NCBI RefSeq assembly: GCF_006345805.1
Contig: NC_043026.1
Span: forward strand, 1 to 64,000
From: Octopus sinensis
Taxonomy: Eukaryota
DNA length: 64,000 nt
Direction of reading: 5' to 3'
In this document: positions 26,638 to 39,879 of the stretch, in pieces
Layout of the letters: every line of letters begins with the position of its first letter
Position numbering within the stretch: the stretch's first letter is position 1
The notes under the pieces: model-generated
What the model was told of the DNA's origin: nothing
Seen by the model: only the letters and a program-made list of their open reading frames with translations
Database searches by the model: none
Position numbers and translations under genes: made by a program

Positions 26638-29600
26638 CATGATGATATAGGCTTCAAAACACAATGCCAGTAACATGATTTCGGCAAAGAACTTGCGCGC
26701 ACTTTCAGAGTTGGGTATGGCCTTGGCATCCTGAACTGAACAGAGGAGGAGGTATAGGAGATGGACAGGAAAACGAGAAAGCTTCTAAAGATGCATGGAG
26801 CCCATCATCCACGTACAGACACTGTTTGCCTGTATGCGAGCTGAGCAAATGGAAACCTTGCTAGTGTCGGGAATGATGGAGTATTGAATGCAGAGGAAAA
26901 AAATTAAGACAAAGGAACAAATACAAAATGGACATGATAAAGCATAATTCAACAAGGGACTACAAAATCATTTAGATGCAGCCAGAACAGAAGTTTTTGG
27001 AGAACATAGGGCAGCAATTTTGGGGAGGCCATGAATCGATTACATCGACCGCAGTGTTGAACTGGTACTTAATTTATCGACCCCGAGTGGATGAAAGGCA
27101 AAGTCGACCTGGGCGGAATTTGAACTCAGAACGTAGCGGCAGACGAAATACCTATTTCTATACTACCCACAAGGGGCTAAACACAGAGAGGACAAACAAG
27201 GACAGACAAACGGATTAAGTCGATTATATCGACCCCAGTGCGCAAATGGTACTTATTTAATCGACATCAAAATGATGAAAGGCAAAGTCGACCTCGGCGG
27301 AAATTGAACTCAGAACGTAGCGGCAGACGAAATACCGCTAAGAATTTCACCCGGCGTGCTAACGTTTCCGCCAGTTTGCCGCCTTCCCCTCTGAAAATAT
27401 TAACAACTTTAAAAGAATTTTTCACCGATCTAGTGAACCAAATCATTGCAGTAAACAGTAAGTGTGTATGTGTATAAGTAGGTATGTAAGTAACTAAGTA
27501 GGTTCGTATGTTTGTACCAATATAGTAGGAAACCGTCAGTTTTAACCATGAACCGTGAACTTTGGCTTTTACTTACAAGTATACTAGAAGAAAAGAAAAC
27601 GAGTAGTCCACTTGATATATGTCAAATAAATGAAGATGTTCACCTGCTATATAGAGTGATACAACGCACCACCTAACAGGTTCAAATCCAGCAAATTTAC
27701 AACACTCACCCCCTGCCTTAAAAACGTTTAGAAACAGTTAAAAATTTAAGAATGCCCATGACCGTTCTGGAGGTCTTCTTACACGGTGTGAACGCCAAAA
27801 AGATCCGAGTTATATCTAGTTTTCAGCATGCTTTTACAGACGACTTTAAATTAGCTGCAGCCATCGATATAGTACCATTATATGGAGAAGTAGGAAGCCG
27901 AAGAGATTTAACCACAGATTTTGAAAGGAAGTTTTCCAAGCTTCCATTGTCCAAGGGAGCTTTTAACGAAAATCCATTTATAGATATTTCTATCATCGAC
28001 GCGTGCAACGCAGAGAGAACAGAAGCAACCGTACCAGTTTGAATTGATTTAGTAACTGAATATTTAGACCTGCATACTTTTGAAAAGTGATCAATCTTCT
28101 TCCATTTCCTACATTCAGTATTTCGAGCTGGATATTTAAGACGCTCATGTCTTGATAGACTTCCACACCCATAACAGTAGATCCAATGTTTTGATGTATT
28201 ACTAGCCGCTGCACTAGTTTCCTCTAACCTTTCATTCCCTTCTAGTAAAATTCTAGAGAACCAAATTATTGTAGTAAACAGTAAATGTGTATATATTTAA
28301 GTATGTACGCAAGCAACTAAGTAATTAAGAACTAAACAACAATCTCTACTAATCTCGCGGTAGCAACAGCGAAACAAAGTGAAGAAACGATGAAGTCGTC
28401 TTCAGGTGCAGAAGGGAGTGGGACGATGATGGAGGGGTGTAAAAAATGTGTTTGTAAATCTTTTTCATACAAAGATGCCTCACCCCCACACCATCACTTC
28501 AAAGGCTGTGGTTTAAAAAAATTAAGAAAATCTCTGAAAACATTTTCCACAAAATTTCTTTACAATTGTAATCTGTGCGTTTGAAGGGGGGATTTGTATA
28601 AATTTTCACCAAAACTTACTTATTTTCCTGAAAGTTATGAGGGAGAAAAGTAGATCGTGCGAATTTTCCAACACCACCTAATCAGTATTTGTAGAAAACT
28701 TTGTTTAAAAAGTATGAATTTTTCTGGATGTCATGAAGCAACAAATTCGGGAGTGTATACATCTGTAGTGATGCCCTTTTATTTATACGATTTTTCCAAT
28801 TCATGTTTATTTTATTTATTGTTTACAATACTCACTCTCTCCCCACTCTCTAACGCACGAAGAGCAGATGGATTGAAAGCTCTGTGTTGCTTTGAGGGGA
28901 AGGTAAAACTTGACAAACTGCTTCTCCCTCTGTTGTTGGACTACCGTGATGTTAGTTTTACAGACACAGATTATAACTGATAAAATCATTCCTCTCTCCT
29001 TTGCTCAACACACACGTCAAATTAAGGTATCCTTATTTCCTCCTTAAGAGCGTTGTTACTTCTGTGGGCCAGTAGGCATGGGTGTTGAGAAGTAATAATA
29101 AAGCACATAGGTGGTGGTCTCAAACCTCTTCCTGAGATTTAGTTTTACAATATTTAATTTCTTTCTCTTAAATGTGACACACGCGTCAGGTACGTACAAA
29201 TATATTATTACTATCAATGATAGTTATAACAACAATAGCTCGTATTAATGAGAAAAAAGGAGAATGAACGTTATCAACACCTGTAACCGTAGACCACCTA
29301 TTTCTGGTGCTTTTCGTTCTCTGCGTGATACCTGAGGGTACTAACTAAAGAAAAACTCCCAAACAATTAGCCACCTTCTCTTCATGGATGATTAAAAAAT
29401 GGATAGCAAAGATGTTCCTTGGTGAACAATGTCCCCTGTTTTAGTACTGATATTAGAATGGAATTTGGACTTAAGAAATGAGGAATAATCTATTTAAAAA
29501 GAGACAAAAGGGGAGAGACTCTATGAAGCAAATTGAAACGGAAGGATGCAAATACCTTGGTGCACTAGAGTTCAACGAGATAATGACAAAAGCGATGAAA

Positions 29601-30366
29601 GAGCAACAGAAGATGGAGTATTTCCGAAGACTGCGGTTTGTGTTTCGCTCAAAATTGAATGAATGGAATAAAATCCAAGCAGTTAATACGTGGCAATAGC
29701 ATCACTTCGCTATCGATCGGTAATTATAAAACGGCAAAAGAGATAAATGAAGAAAATGAATAGCATGACCAGAAAAATGTTGAGAGTACACGGAGCCTTC
29801 CACACGAAGAGTGATACCAATAGGCTGTACTCGTCTAGAAGAAAGGGTGGGACAAGTTTGATCTGTTGTCAGGACTGTATCAAAGCAGAGGAAAATGGCC
29901 TAGGATGGTATATAAAAAAAAATCTGTATACACACAGAAGAGAGTCGATTCATATGGAAAAGAAAGTTACCTCGGCGGAATTAATCATAATGATAATGAA
30001 AAAAAAAACAATATTAGTAATAATAATTCACTTACTTCGGTAGAAGGACATCTCGTTGCGGTCGTTTGTTCTGACGACTGTCATAATATATTTCGGTGAG
30101 TAATTCTTACAAACACGGCTGACATTGTTGTAAGTGAAGAATTCCGATTGGTTGCTTAGAGAAATCTCGGCACATTTCAGTAGACATCGAGTGGAGAAGA
30201 ATTGTTCTGTCGGAGGTTCCTGAAGGTAACGGTAGGAATACCCAGGAGCCAAAGATCTGTAGCTGCCTGTATAAAATTGCTGGTTTGAGGCAACGGTCAG
30301 AATTGTAGTAAGGCTTAATAGGAGCACTGTGGTCACGGTTGGAATGATAGAAGGAAACTGGAACAT
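18269..30366 (-). CDS. Gene C: complete 5-exon gene for a 297-aa predicted secreted protein (signal peptide + PAN/apple-like module + uncharacterised ~185-aa domain). Exons 30366-30036, 26530-26352, 22507-22344, 19024-18861, 18324-18269
   Basis: 331+179+164+164+56 = 894 nt, open from ATG to TAA; all four introns GT-AG, phases 1,0,2,1; same exon boundaries in the paralogues; AATAAA ~100 nt past the stop (18161-18166, minus). Confidence 0.9.
18861..19024 (-). CDS. Gene C exon 4
   Basis: ttgtag|G AAT GTA CGT CGC...AAC AAC A|gtaagt; [54 protein letters not shown]. Confidence 0.88.
20414..22160 (+). mobile_element. 5'-truncated Penelope-like element (Naiad-like RT/GIY-YIG signature) in gene C intron 3, antisense to the gene, with an inverted 5' pLTR tail
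   Basis: [39 protein letters not shown]-x5-CPLNGAC, IIYEATV...[20 protein letters not shown]...CPH; one frame break near 20750; 20414-20461 is the reverse complement of 22105-22152 (47/48). Confidence 0.92.
22064..22126 (+). ncRNA. Hammerhead ribozyme motif in the PLE pLTR (core variant CCGAAGA)
   Basis: agataa-CCGAAGA-gatg...catc-t-GAAA-ctc a gag-TT-ttatct; U4 of the core is replaced by C. Confidence 0.6.
22344..22507 (-). CDS. Gene C exon 3
   Basis: tttcag|GTG AAA CTG...GGA GTA AA|gtaagt; [41 protein letters not shown]... Confidence 0.88.
22942..23074. repeat. ~60-bp-arm near-perfect inverted repeat derived from a PLE pLTR, with a degenerate hammerhead in the right arm
   Basis: ctttatttaaagcagcagaaaattcaacaaaacctgttactctgagtttcc... 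and its reverse complement, 14-nt spacer. Confidence 0.8.
23575..23970 (-). mobile_element. Full-length tRNA-derived SINE, family 2 (CORE-like domain)
   Basis: Minus-strand head aggcgcaggagtggctgtgtggtaag...gggttcagtccc, then ggcaccttgggcaagtgtctt; another copy at ~63715-64000. Confidence 0.8.
26352..26530 (-). CDS. Gene C exon 2
   Basis: tttcag|GT AGC CAA TGG...GAG GAG|gtacgt; [59 protein letters not shown]. Confidence 0.88.
26640..26900 (+). mobile_element. R4-type LINE fragment (thumb region) in gene C intron 1
   Basis: [26 protein letters not shown] resembles [26 protein letters not shown] of the 6190-8460 element; mirrored at ~61300-61560. Confidence 0.65.
27750..28030 (-). mobile_element. 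Ty3/Gypsy-like aspartic protease remnant
   Basis: [33 protein letters not shown] resembles a retropepsin ALLDSGS active-site region. Confidence 0.55.
29490..29910 (+). mobile_element. Second R4-type LINE fragment in gene C intron 1
   Basis: CKYLG...[26 protein letters not shown] and [29 protein letters not shown]...LICCQDCI. Confidence 0.7.
30036..30366 (-). CDS. Gene C exon 1: signal peptide + PAN/apple-like module
   Basis: [27 protein letters not shown]...[10 protein letters not shown]...[14 protein letters not shown]...SFYR; donor CGAA|gtaagt. Confidence 0.88.
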
Positions 30367-33300
30367 CTTGGCTCTAGAATCAGTAGAGGACTATACATGT
30401 AAATATTTGTGTACGCATGTGTATGTGTGCGTGCGTGTGTGTGTGTGTGTGTGTGTGTTAGAAGATGAGGGAGAAAATTTAGAGAGAGATGAGAGGAAGA
30501 CAGAATTCAAAAGTGGGAGAGGTAAAGAGAAAGAGACTGTAGAGAAATTGATAGAGAGATAGAAATAGGGAGAAATAGGGAGAAATTGATCCTGGTGTAA
30601 GGAGACAGAGAATGGGATAAGGGGACAGATGTAAAAAGAAAGATTAACAGATGAAAGAGAGTGAGAGTCATCGGAGAGAGAGTGAGAAACATAGAGAGAA
30701 GTAGAGGAGAGGAGAGCATAGAATAGAGAGGGGAAGAGAGGACGTACGAGATAGCTAGAAATAGATAGTAATACAGAGAAGGGACGAGATAAAGGAAGAG
30801 ATGAAGTGCAAGAGATACATTTGTCAGGGGAAATGAAAGGAGAAAAAGCTAATACAGAATATCTGAATTAAAAAATGGGATGGTCACGGCTGGAATATCC
30901 TTGACTTAAGAACCGTTCGATCAGGCTTGACCTGGCGCAGAATGATGACGCCAACAACAGCAACAACAAACAAACAGATACACAAACAACAACAACATGA
31001 TAATGCATTCATAACAAGCGTATTTTTGAATATATGGTGTGATGGCCACGGTCGAAACGGCTTTGATCATAGATCTGCTTAATCGCTACTGACCAAGTGT
31101 TAAACAGCAAGAAATATCGTCGCTCCCTTCTCCAGACAAACACATCATAAAGTCTGACTCAAGCCTCCAGGCCGGGGCTTATTCAGGTTGCCAAGCGTTA
31201 TAGTGGACCCTTCTCCAGCTGTCACTTGTAGTTATTTTCAATAGAGTGGAGTCAAAATGAAGTATCTTGCCGAAGGGCTCAATGCACCACCCGATTCAGA
31301 AGTCACAATCTTTTGCGCGTGAGTGAGCTCGAGACGTTAACCGCCACACCACGTACCATAATCCTAAATCTAACAAACTCACGCGCATACGACCATGCAT
31401 ACACACATGCACAGAGGCTCACACACACACACACACACACACGCACAAATGTAATCTTACCTTTGTTGTGGGTAGAGGCAGTGATTTTGCTATTTGCGGG
31501 CAACGAGAGACGTTGTCAGGTCTGTCCACTATGACCGTCCAGTAATGTCCTCTCCTCGGATGACCGTCCACTTATGAATATAATGTCACAAAATATCAAG
31601 GATATCTACAAATGCCGCTTTCAGAATTACCACAGATGTCACCACTGTCCGTAGATGTCAAGTCAGGACCCCTACGAATACCAATATTGTTCACTGCATT
31701 CAAATGATACAGAGGCCGACTTATCCTTTTTTTCCTTTCAGGCTCAATAAAACAAGTAGTAGCTGAGCAGTGGGGTTCATATGATCAACTAGCCCTTTCC
31801 TACAAAATTTCAGATCCTGTGTTTATAGCAGAAAGAATATTATCTACTGCTTCCAGAATTACCACAAAGGTCGGCACTGTCTCTAGATATCAATCTAGAT
31901 TTCCTACAAATGACAATATCACCACTGTCTCTACAAGTGAAACCGGAGCGAAGGTTTTCGAACTGTTCACTGATAGCAGCACTGCTCGCTTCTTTCACCA
32001 GTATCTGCAGCTACGACAACTCTATATAATGGTCAATAACATACGCAGTGAGAGCAACACTTCCTATTTATGATATTATGTTTTCACCCACACGGAACTA
32101 AACTAGTGTTTGACACGAAAATAAACAATCACACCACACTGAGCACATTAGATACCTATATGTCCGTTCAATGAGAAGTGTTCAATATTGTTGATGGTTG
32201 TGGTGGTGGTGTTGGTGTGTTTGTTGTGATGGTGACAATTGATGTAGTGAAGATGAGTGTGTGTAAAATTTTGAAGTGGTGTATAGATTTCATATGTTAA
32301 TAAGAGATGGTAGTCAGGACAGGATTTGAATAAAAATCCATTCATCTAGGGCTTTCAGGGATTCATCATGAATGATTTTTTAATCGGAAATTCATAACTT
32401 TTATAAAGAAGTGAGTTGAAAAGAACCTGGAGTGAATTTGTTTTCTTGGGTTTGGGAAAGAGGGTGATTTAGGGGGAGATATCTGAGATGCCTTTGTCAT
32501 TTTGATTCTATAGATATATGTATATATATGTTTGAGTCCATGTGTGTGTTTGTATGTGTGCATGTACACGTGTGTATGTATGTGTGTATAAGCAGGCGTG
32601 TCTTCTGGCTTTCTGAAAGAGAGAAAGAAGTGTTCTTCTGGGATGGGTGAATTCGATGACAGGTCAAAGGAATCAAAAATTATTATGAATGAAATTAAAT
32701 TTCTTTTAGTTATGGTGTGACTGACAAAATGTTTGGTCGGTTGTTCTGTTGGCGAGCTGAAGGAAAAAGAATCTATGGAATTATTTGGAAAACAGAATCT
32801 ATGGAATTATTTGGAAAGGCATTTAAATGTATGTTTGTGTTTGTGTCTAACCGTATGCATGAAACAAAGTGTGTGAAGGGGGAGAGGTGTTTAAGTGAAT
32901 TCTTCCAGTTATTTTAGTAACAGTAGTGCTGTGAAAGTAAATATTTTGTAAGAATATTAGATCTTATATTTTTCACACGTTCACTTTTGATAGAAGTTTT
33001 CCTGTAAAATATAGTTTCGTTGTCTTTCAGAGTTTTGAATCATCCCTTGGGCATTGGTAGAAAGGCAAGCAGGATCGTGAATCTGCTGTTTCCGCATATA
33101 TCTAGACGTTTGCTCAGCGAAATCTTACGTAATTCGTTTTGTCGGATGTGCTGTCTGTGGATCGTTGCTCATTGGCAAAGGGAATTGTTGGTTTTGCCAA
33201 ATAGAATTCTCTTTGCAATTTGGGAAAGTGATGCAGCATATGAGATTCTGTGTCTTAGAGTTCATATTCGCATTAATTGGAAGAAGGATCCACTTTAAAT

Positions 33301-33567
33301 TTGTCCTTATGTTTATATTTCATGAAAATTTCAGATCAAGAATTTAGTCGACCTGTGGAAGTTTCACATCTATAAAGAATATGAGATCTTTCTGCTTCAC
33401 AAAATGTATACAACTGTTGATTTGTTTTTCATTTCACATTTTGCTCTTACTTTCCTCTCGTCCATCCAGGAGATTTCTCAAAGACCTGCGCCCTTTCACG
33501 TGTATCTAAATGAGCAGTAATCTCGTATACTGGAGACAGAGTGACAGCTTGGGAGCACAATGCATGA

Positions 33568-34289
33568 TATGTATGTATGCATGTATGTATGTATGTATGT
33601 ATGTATGTATGTATGTATGTATGTATGTATGTATGTATGTATGTATGTATGCATATATGCATGTATGTATGTATGTATGTATGTATGAATGGATGTATGT
33701 ATGTATGTATGCATGAATGTATGTATGTATGTATGAAGGTATGTATCTATGTATGTATGTATGCATGTATGTATGTATGTATGTTTGTATGCATGAATGT
33801 ATGTATGTATGTATGTATGAATGTATGTATGTATGTATGTATGTATGTATGAATGTATGTATGTATCTATGTATGTATGTATGTATGCATGTATGTATAT
33901 ATGTATGTATATATGTATGTATATATGCATGTATATATGTATGTATGTATGTATATATGTATGTATATATCACGTGATCACGTGACCGACCAGACCATCA
34001 GATGTTGCTACACAACGCTGGTCACAATGCGTTCGCATTGTTTTAGCCTTCGAATGACGCCACCCCGCTGGCTAAGCGATCAGGCCAACAGAAGAGTGAG
34101 AAAGAGTGGTGAAAGAGTACAGCAGGGATCATCACCCCCTGCCGGAGCCTTGTGGAGCTTTTAGGTGTTGTCGCTCAATAAACACACACAACGCCCGGTC
34201 TGGGAATCGAAACTACGATCCCACGACCGCGAGTCCGCTGCCCGAACCACTGGGCCATTGCGCCTCCATGTATGTATATATGTATGTAC

Positions 34290-34320
<31 letters not shown>

Positions 34321-34775
34321 TGTATGTATGTATGTATGTATGTATATATGTATGAATGTATGTATGTATGTATGTATGTATGTATGTATGTATGTATGTA
34401 TGCATGTATGTATGTATGTATGTATGTGTGTATGTATGTATGTATGTATGAATGCATGTATGTATGTATGTATGTATGTATGTATGTATGTATGTATGTA
34501 TGTATGAATGTATGTATGTATGTGTGTATGTATGTATGTATATATGTAAGAATGTATGTATGTGTGTATGTATGCATGTATGTATGTATATATGTATGAA
34601 TGTATGTATGTATGTATGTATGTATATATGTATGTATATATGAATGTATGTATGTATGTATATATGCATGTATATATGTATGTATGTATATATGTATGTA
34701 TATATGCATGTATATATGTATGTATGTATATATGTATGTATATATGTATGTACATATGTACGTATGTATGTATGT
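33568..34775. repeat. (ATGT)n tracts flanking a SINE
   Basis: Read directly. Confidence 0.95.
33970..34268 (-). mobile_element. tRNA-derived SINE, family 3
   Basis: Minus-strand head ggaggcgcaatggcccagtggttcgggcagcggactcgcggtcgtgggatcgtagtttcgattcccagacc (A and B boxes); 3' part recurs at ~24275-24450. Confidence 0.75.
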
Positions 34776-34849
34776 GAGTATGGGCCTCTCTCTGCGTGTG
34801 TATCATGCTCCATGTGCTTTGAACACTGTAAAGTCTCTGAGACACGTCT

Positions 34850-35220
34850 TAAGCACCGGAGAGGGTTGCTGCTGGAAGTCTATATGTGTGTTAGCAGGAT
34901 TCGAATCCTAGCTATGTCTTTGGAAAATCTCAGGAGTGGTTGTCAGAAAATTTGCACAACTTCACCAGGCCCTAACTCTGGCTTCTTAGTTCCCCTGATT
35001 TTCCTAGGTACACAGTAATGAACGCACGAACCAGGTTCCGGAGCCGTCTTGAGACAGTAGTGGGAGCCGAGGGTGGCGAGTTTGAGCAAATTGTCATCTC
35101 CCAGTCATAATTTATTTGAGAGATTTTTATTTTTAAGGGATACTTTTATTTTTGGGATGAGATTTTGTGTTTAGTTGTCTTTTATGCAAATTGTCAAGTT
35201 CAGACCGGACATTTTGGAGG
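34850..35220 (+). mobile_element. Tc1/mariner transposase C-terminal remnant
   Basis: RFRSRLETVVGAEGGEFEQ at ~35030-35090 matches the Tc1/mariner C-terminal motif. Confidence 0.55.
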
Positions 35221-35287
35221 TGTGCATGTGTGTGTGTACGTACTCACACACGCATATACATACATATATATGCATATATATATACAG

Positions 35288-35365
<78 letters not shown>

Positions 35366-35397
35366 TTTATTTTAAGCAGCAGAAAATTCAACAAAAT

Positions 35398-35435
35398 CTG
35401 TTACTCTGAGTTTCTCGTTGCCGTTCATCAGACAG
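35398..35435 (-). ncRNA. Minimal type I hammerhead ribozyme motif
   Basis: Minus strand ctgt-CTGATGA-acggcaacga-GAAA-ctc a gag-TA-acag: canonical core, GNRA-capped short stem II, GUA site. Confidence 0.72.
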
Positions 35436-35816
35436 TTTTTGCTAGAATGGAACTTATATATTAATTCAATCTATACTCTTACAAACGCTACACCTTTAAA
35501 AAGAAATGGACTTGTTTGATTGGCCCTTTAGAAAAAACGGTCAATCTTCGAGCGATAAACAAAAAGGTCAAAAATATATGTATATATATATAAAAAAACT
35601 TATAAAAATTATAAAATCCGAGGAAAAAACCGAGGAAAAAACCTATTGCCGTTAATGAAGACAGTGAAAATTAATGCATAGAAATTAAACCTGTTATAAA
35701 TACTGCAATACATATTTATATTAAAATCTACATATATATATCAACATACACAAAAGGATGCGCGTAAACGCCATACATACATATACAGACGTATGAATAT
35801 GAATCTAAATATACAC

Positions 35817-35875
<59 letters not shown>

Positions 35876-36674
35876 ATATAAATATATATATATATTATAT
35901 ATATATACATACACATATATGTATATGTATATATATATACATATATGTATATGCATATATATATATATATATATATATAAATATATATATATATGTATAT
36001 GTATATACCTATATGTATGTGTGTATAAGTACGAATGTATATATATATATGTATTTGTTGTAGTATAGATTATTTTCTATACTGAATTTTGTTGTCTTTT
36101 CGTTGCCCTAGGAAACACAACTCTTGTGAGTAATGGAAAACATTAAATATAACAGAAAAACATTTGGAAAATTACAAGATTAAAATGAAGCCATGAGCAG
36201 GTATGGATTTTGTAGACATGTTGCTCAGTTTTAAGCCACATTCGACACATCGCTTAAAAGCTAATAAATATGTTGTACGATTTGTAATGTTGTAGAATAT
36301 TTAATGGTGTGTCGGCACGCGAGCGAGATATGAAACAATATTGATAAATGAAAATGTTAGAGCAAAAAATCAGTTCAGTAAATTAATTTACTTCAAGCTG
36401 ACAGTATTACGTCTAAGAGGTTCGTGCTTATATATCGACTGACAGTGACCAGATGAGGTTGCTTGGTTGAATTCATTCTTATGTTGTTTACTGTTAATAC
36501 GATTCGCACTCAGTTACAGAGATTCATTTTTGGGCAGCAAAAAATATTCCAATGCTTAAATCGATAAGTTCGATTAAACTCAGCAGTCAGGAGAATCAGT
36601 GCTGTCATAGGTTCAATACATGGTTGTATTTATTGAAGGTTAAATAGATTGAAAAATAACATAGAAATGTTGCA

Positions 36675-36716
<42 letters not shown>

Positions 36717-37406
36717 CAGTAAAAGTTTCAAGTTCGAATCCAGCTCGTTTCTGTATCTTACACAGACCACATGATGTATTTTTATACGATTGTGTCCCAA
36801 ACAAGGTTTGAGACCAGCGTAGTACAAGGGACTACGAAGAAGGAAAGGAAAGGAGCCCACATATTCAAAACTGGTTGATTGACAAAGCTTAATGGACCGA
36901 ATATCATAGAGCAAAGGAAACGAAGACGATTTTAGTGAGTTCGAGAGAGCAGTAGTTTGAGGAAAGAAACTGTGGGAATAAAAGCACTTAAGACTGACAG
37001 GAAGCTCAACAGGGAAACGATGCGTCTTTAAAAGAGAAATAGGGGACACGTTTGAAGGTTTTGAGAGGAGTAACTAGACAAGAAAGTTCATCAGAGCAAA
37101 GTCTGTGGAAATAGTGGAGGTAAAACAGTGTCAGAATACGTTGCGATTTGTAAACATTTGGTTAGACAGGTGTACAGAATTATGAGGCGGAAATGTTTTT
37201 TCTTTAATAAAAAAATTGTTTCTGGAGAACTTTTTCCAACAGAACCCAGACATGCGACTGGTTTTCATCCTTGGTATACAATCTAACTTGATTTTTCAGT
37301 AAGAATATATGCTGTTTCGCTTGTTTTTATGTCCTGGTTTTTGGAGCAGAAGCCTAAGGCGTGAAGAAAAGATCATTGAGGAAATACAAGATGATGTATA
37401 GTAGAC

Positions 37407-37437
<31 letters not shown>

Positions 37438-37555
37438 TGTATGTATGTATGTATGTATGTATGTATGTATGTATGTATATATATAAGTATGTATGTATGT
37501 ATGTATGTATGTATGTATGTATGTATGTATGTATGTATGTATGTATGTATGTATG

Positions 37556-37586
<31 letters not shown>

Positions 37587-37627
37587 TGTAGTATGTATGT
37601 ATGTATGTATGTATGTATGTATGTATG

Positions 37628-37661
<34 letters not shown>

Positions 37662-37667
37662 TGTATG

Positions 37668-37701
<34 letters not shown>

Positions 37702-37715
37702 TGTATGTATGTATG

Positions 37716-37749
<34 letters not shown>

Positions 37750-37759
37750 TGTATGTATG

Positions 37760-37808
<49 letters not shown>

Positions 37809-38077
37809 GTATGTATGTATGTATGTATGTATGTAAGTATGTATATATGTATGTATGTATGTATGTATATTTGTATGTATGTATGTATGTATGTATATAT
37901 GTATGTATGTATATATGTATGTATGTAAGTATGTATGTATGTATGTATGTATGTATATATATAAGTATGTATGTATGTATGTATGTATGTATGTATATAT
38001 GTATGTATGTAAGTATGTATCTATGTATGTATGTATGTATGTAAGTATGTATGTATGTATGTATGTATGTAAGTATG

Positions 38078-38111
<34 letters not shown>

Positions 38112-38368
38112 TATATGTATGTATGTATATATGTATGTATGTAAGTATGTATGTATGTATGTATGTATGTATATATATAAGTATGTATGTATGTATGTAT
38201 GTATGTATGTATGTATGTATATATGTATGTATGTATATATGTATGTATGTAAGTATGTATGTATGTATGTATGTATGTATGTATGTATGTATGTATGTAT
38301 ATATGTATGTATGTATATATGTATGTATGTAAGTATGTATGTATGTATGTATGTACATATATGTATGT

Positions 38369-38400
<32 letters not shown>

Positions 38401-39297
38401 TGTATATGTATGTATGTAAGTATGTATGTATGTATGTATGTATGTATGTATATATATAAGATGTATGTATGTATGTATGTATGTATGTATGTATGTATGT
38501 ATATATGTAAGTATGTATGTATGTATGTATGTATGTATGTATGTATGTATGTATGTATGTATGTATATATAAGTATGTATGTATGTATGTATGTATGTAT
38601 GTATGTATGTATATATATAAGTATGTATGTATGTATGTATGTAAGTATGTATATATATAAGTATGTATGTATGTATGTATGTAAGTATGTATATATGTAA
38701 GTATGTATGTATGTATGTATGTATATATGTAAGTATGTATGTATGTATGTATGTATGTATGTATGTATGTATGTATATATATAAGTATGTATGTATGTAT
38801 GTAAGTATGTATATATATAAGTATGTATGTATGTATGTATGTATGTATGTATATATGTAAGTATGTATGTATGTATGTATGTATGTATGTATGTATGTAT
38901 GTATGTATATATATAAGTATGTATGTATGTATGTATGTATGTAAGTATGTATATATGTAAGTATGTATGTATGTAAGTATGTATGAATGTATGTATGTAT
39001 GTATGTAAGTATCTATGTATGTAAATATGTATGTATGTATGTATATATGTATGTATATATGTAAGTATGTATGTAGGTATGTATGTAAGTATGTATATAC
39101 GTAAGTATGTATGTATGTATGTATGTACGTATGTATATATATAAGAATATATGTATGTATGTATGTATATATGTAAGTATGTATGTATGTATCTATGTAT
39201 GTATGTAAGTATGTATATATGTAAGTATGTATGTATGTATGAATATATGTATGTATGTATGTATGTATATAAGTATGTATGTATGTAAGTATGTATG

Positions 39298-39328
<31 letters not shown>

Positions 39329-39429
39329 GTATGTATATATGTAAGTATGTATGAATATAAGTATGTATGTATGTATGTATGTATATAAGTATGTATGTAT
39401 GTAAGTATGTATGTATGTATGTATGTATG

Positions 39430-39460
<31 letters not shown>

Positions 39461-39699
39461 GTATGTATATATGTAAGTATATATGTATGTACGTATATAC
39501 GTAAATATGTATGTATGTATGTAAGTATGTATATATGTAAATATGTATGTACGTATATATGTATGTATGTAAGTATGTATGTATGTATGTATGTATGTAT
39601 GTATGTATGTATGAATGTAAGTATGTATATATGTAAGTATGTATGTATGTATGTATGTATGTAAGTATGTATATACGTAAGTATGTATGTATGTACGTA

Positions 39700-39730
<31 letters not shown>
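37407..39730. repeat. ~2.3 kb (ATGT)n array with AAGT/ATAT variant units
   Basis: Read directly; source of the 840-aa low-complexity ORF. Confidence 0.95.
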
Positions 39731-39738
<8 letters not shown>

Positions 39739-39879
39739 CTGTGTGTGTGTGCGTACCTATATGATAATGGAGAAAGCTGCTTAGTAATTAGATATGTAAA
39801 GGTTAATAAAGAATTCAATTATTAAAAGCTTGAACGTCTGGAATATTTTTTTTATAAATTTATGAACCGACGCAAGAGA

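Noticed and set aside
34190-34268. tRNA-like sequence with A and B boxes (also at ~14100 and ~23900)
   Set aside because: Continues into SINE bodies that recur in the window; no complete cloverleaf supported.
37296-39818. 840-aa ORF, and the many other YI/HT/CV/YLSI-rich ORFs in the track
   Set aside because: Translations of (ATGT)n, (AT)n, (GT)n and (GATA)n repeats that lack stop codons by composition; no coding signal.
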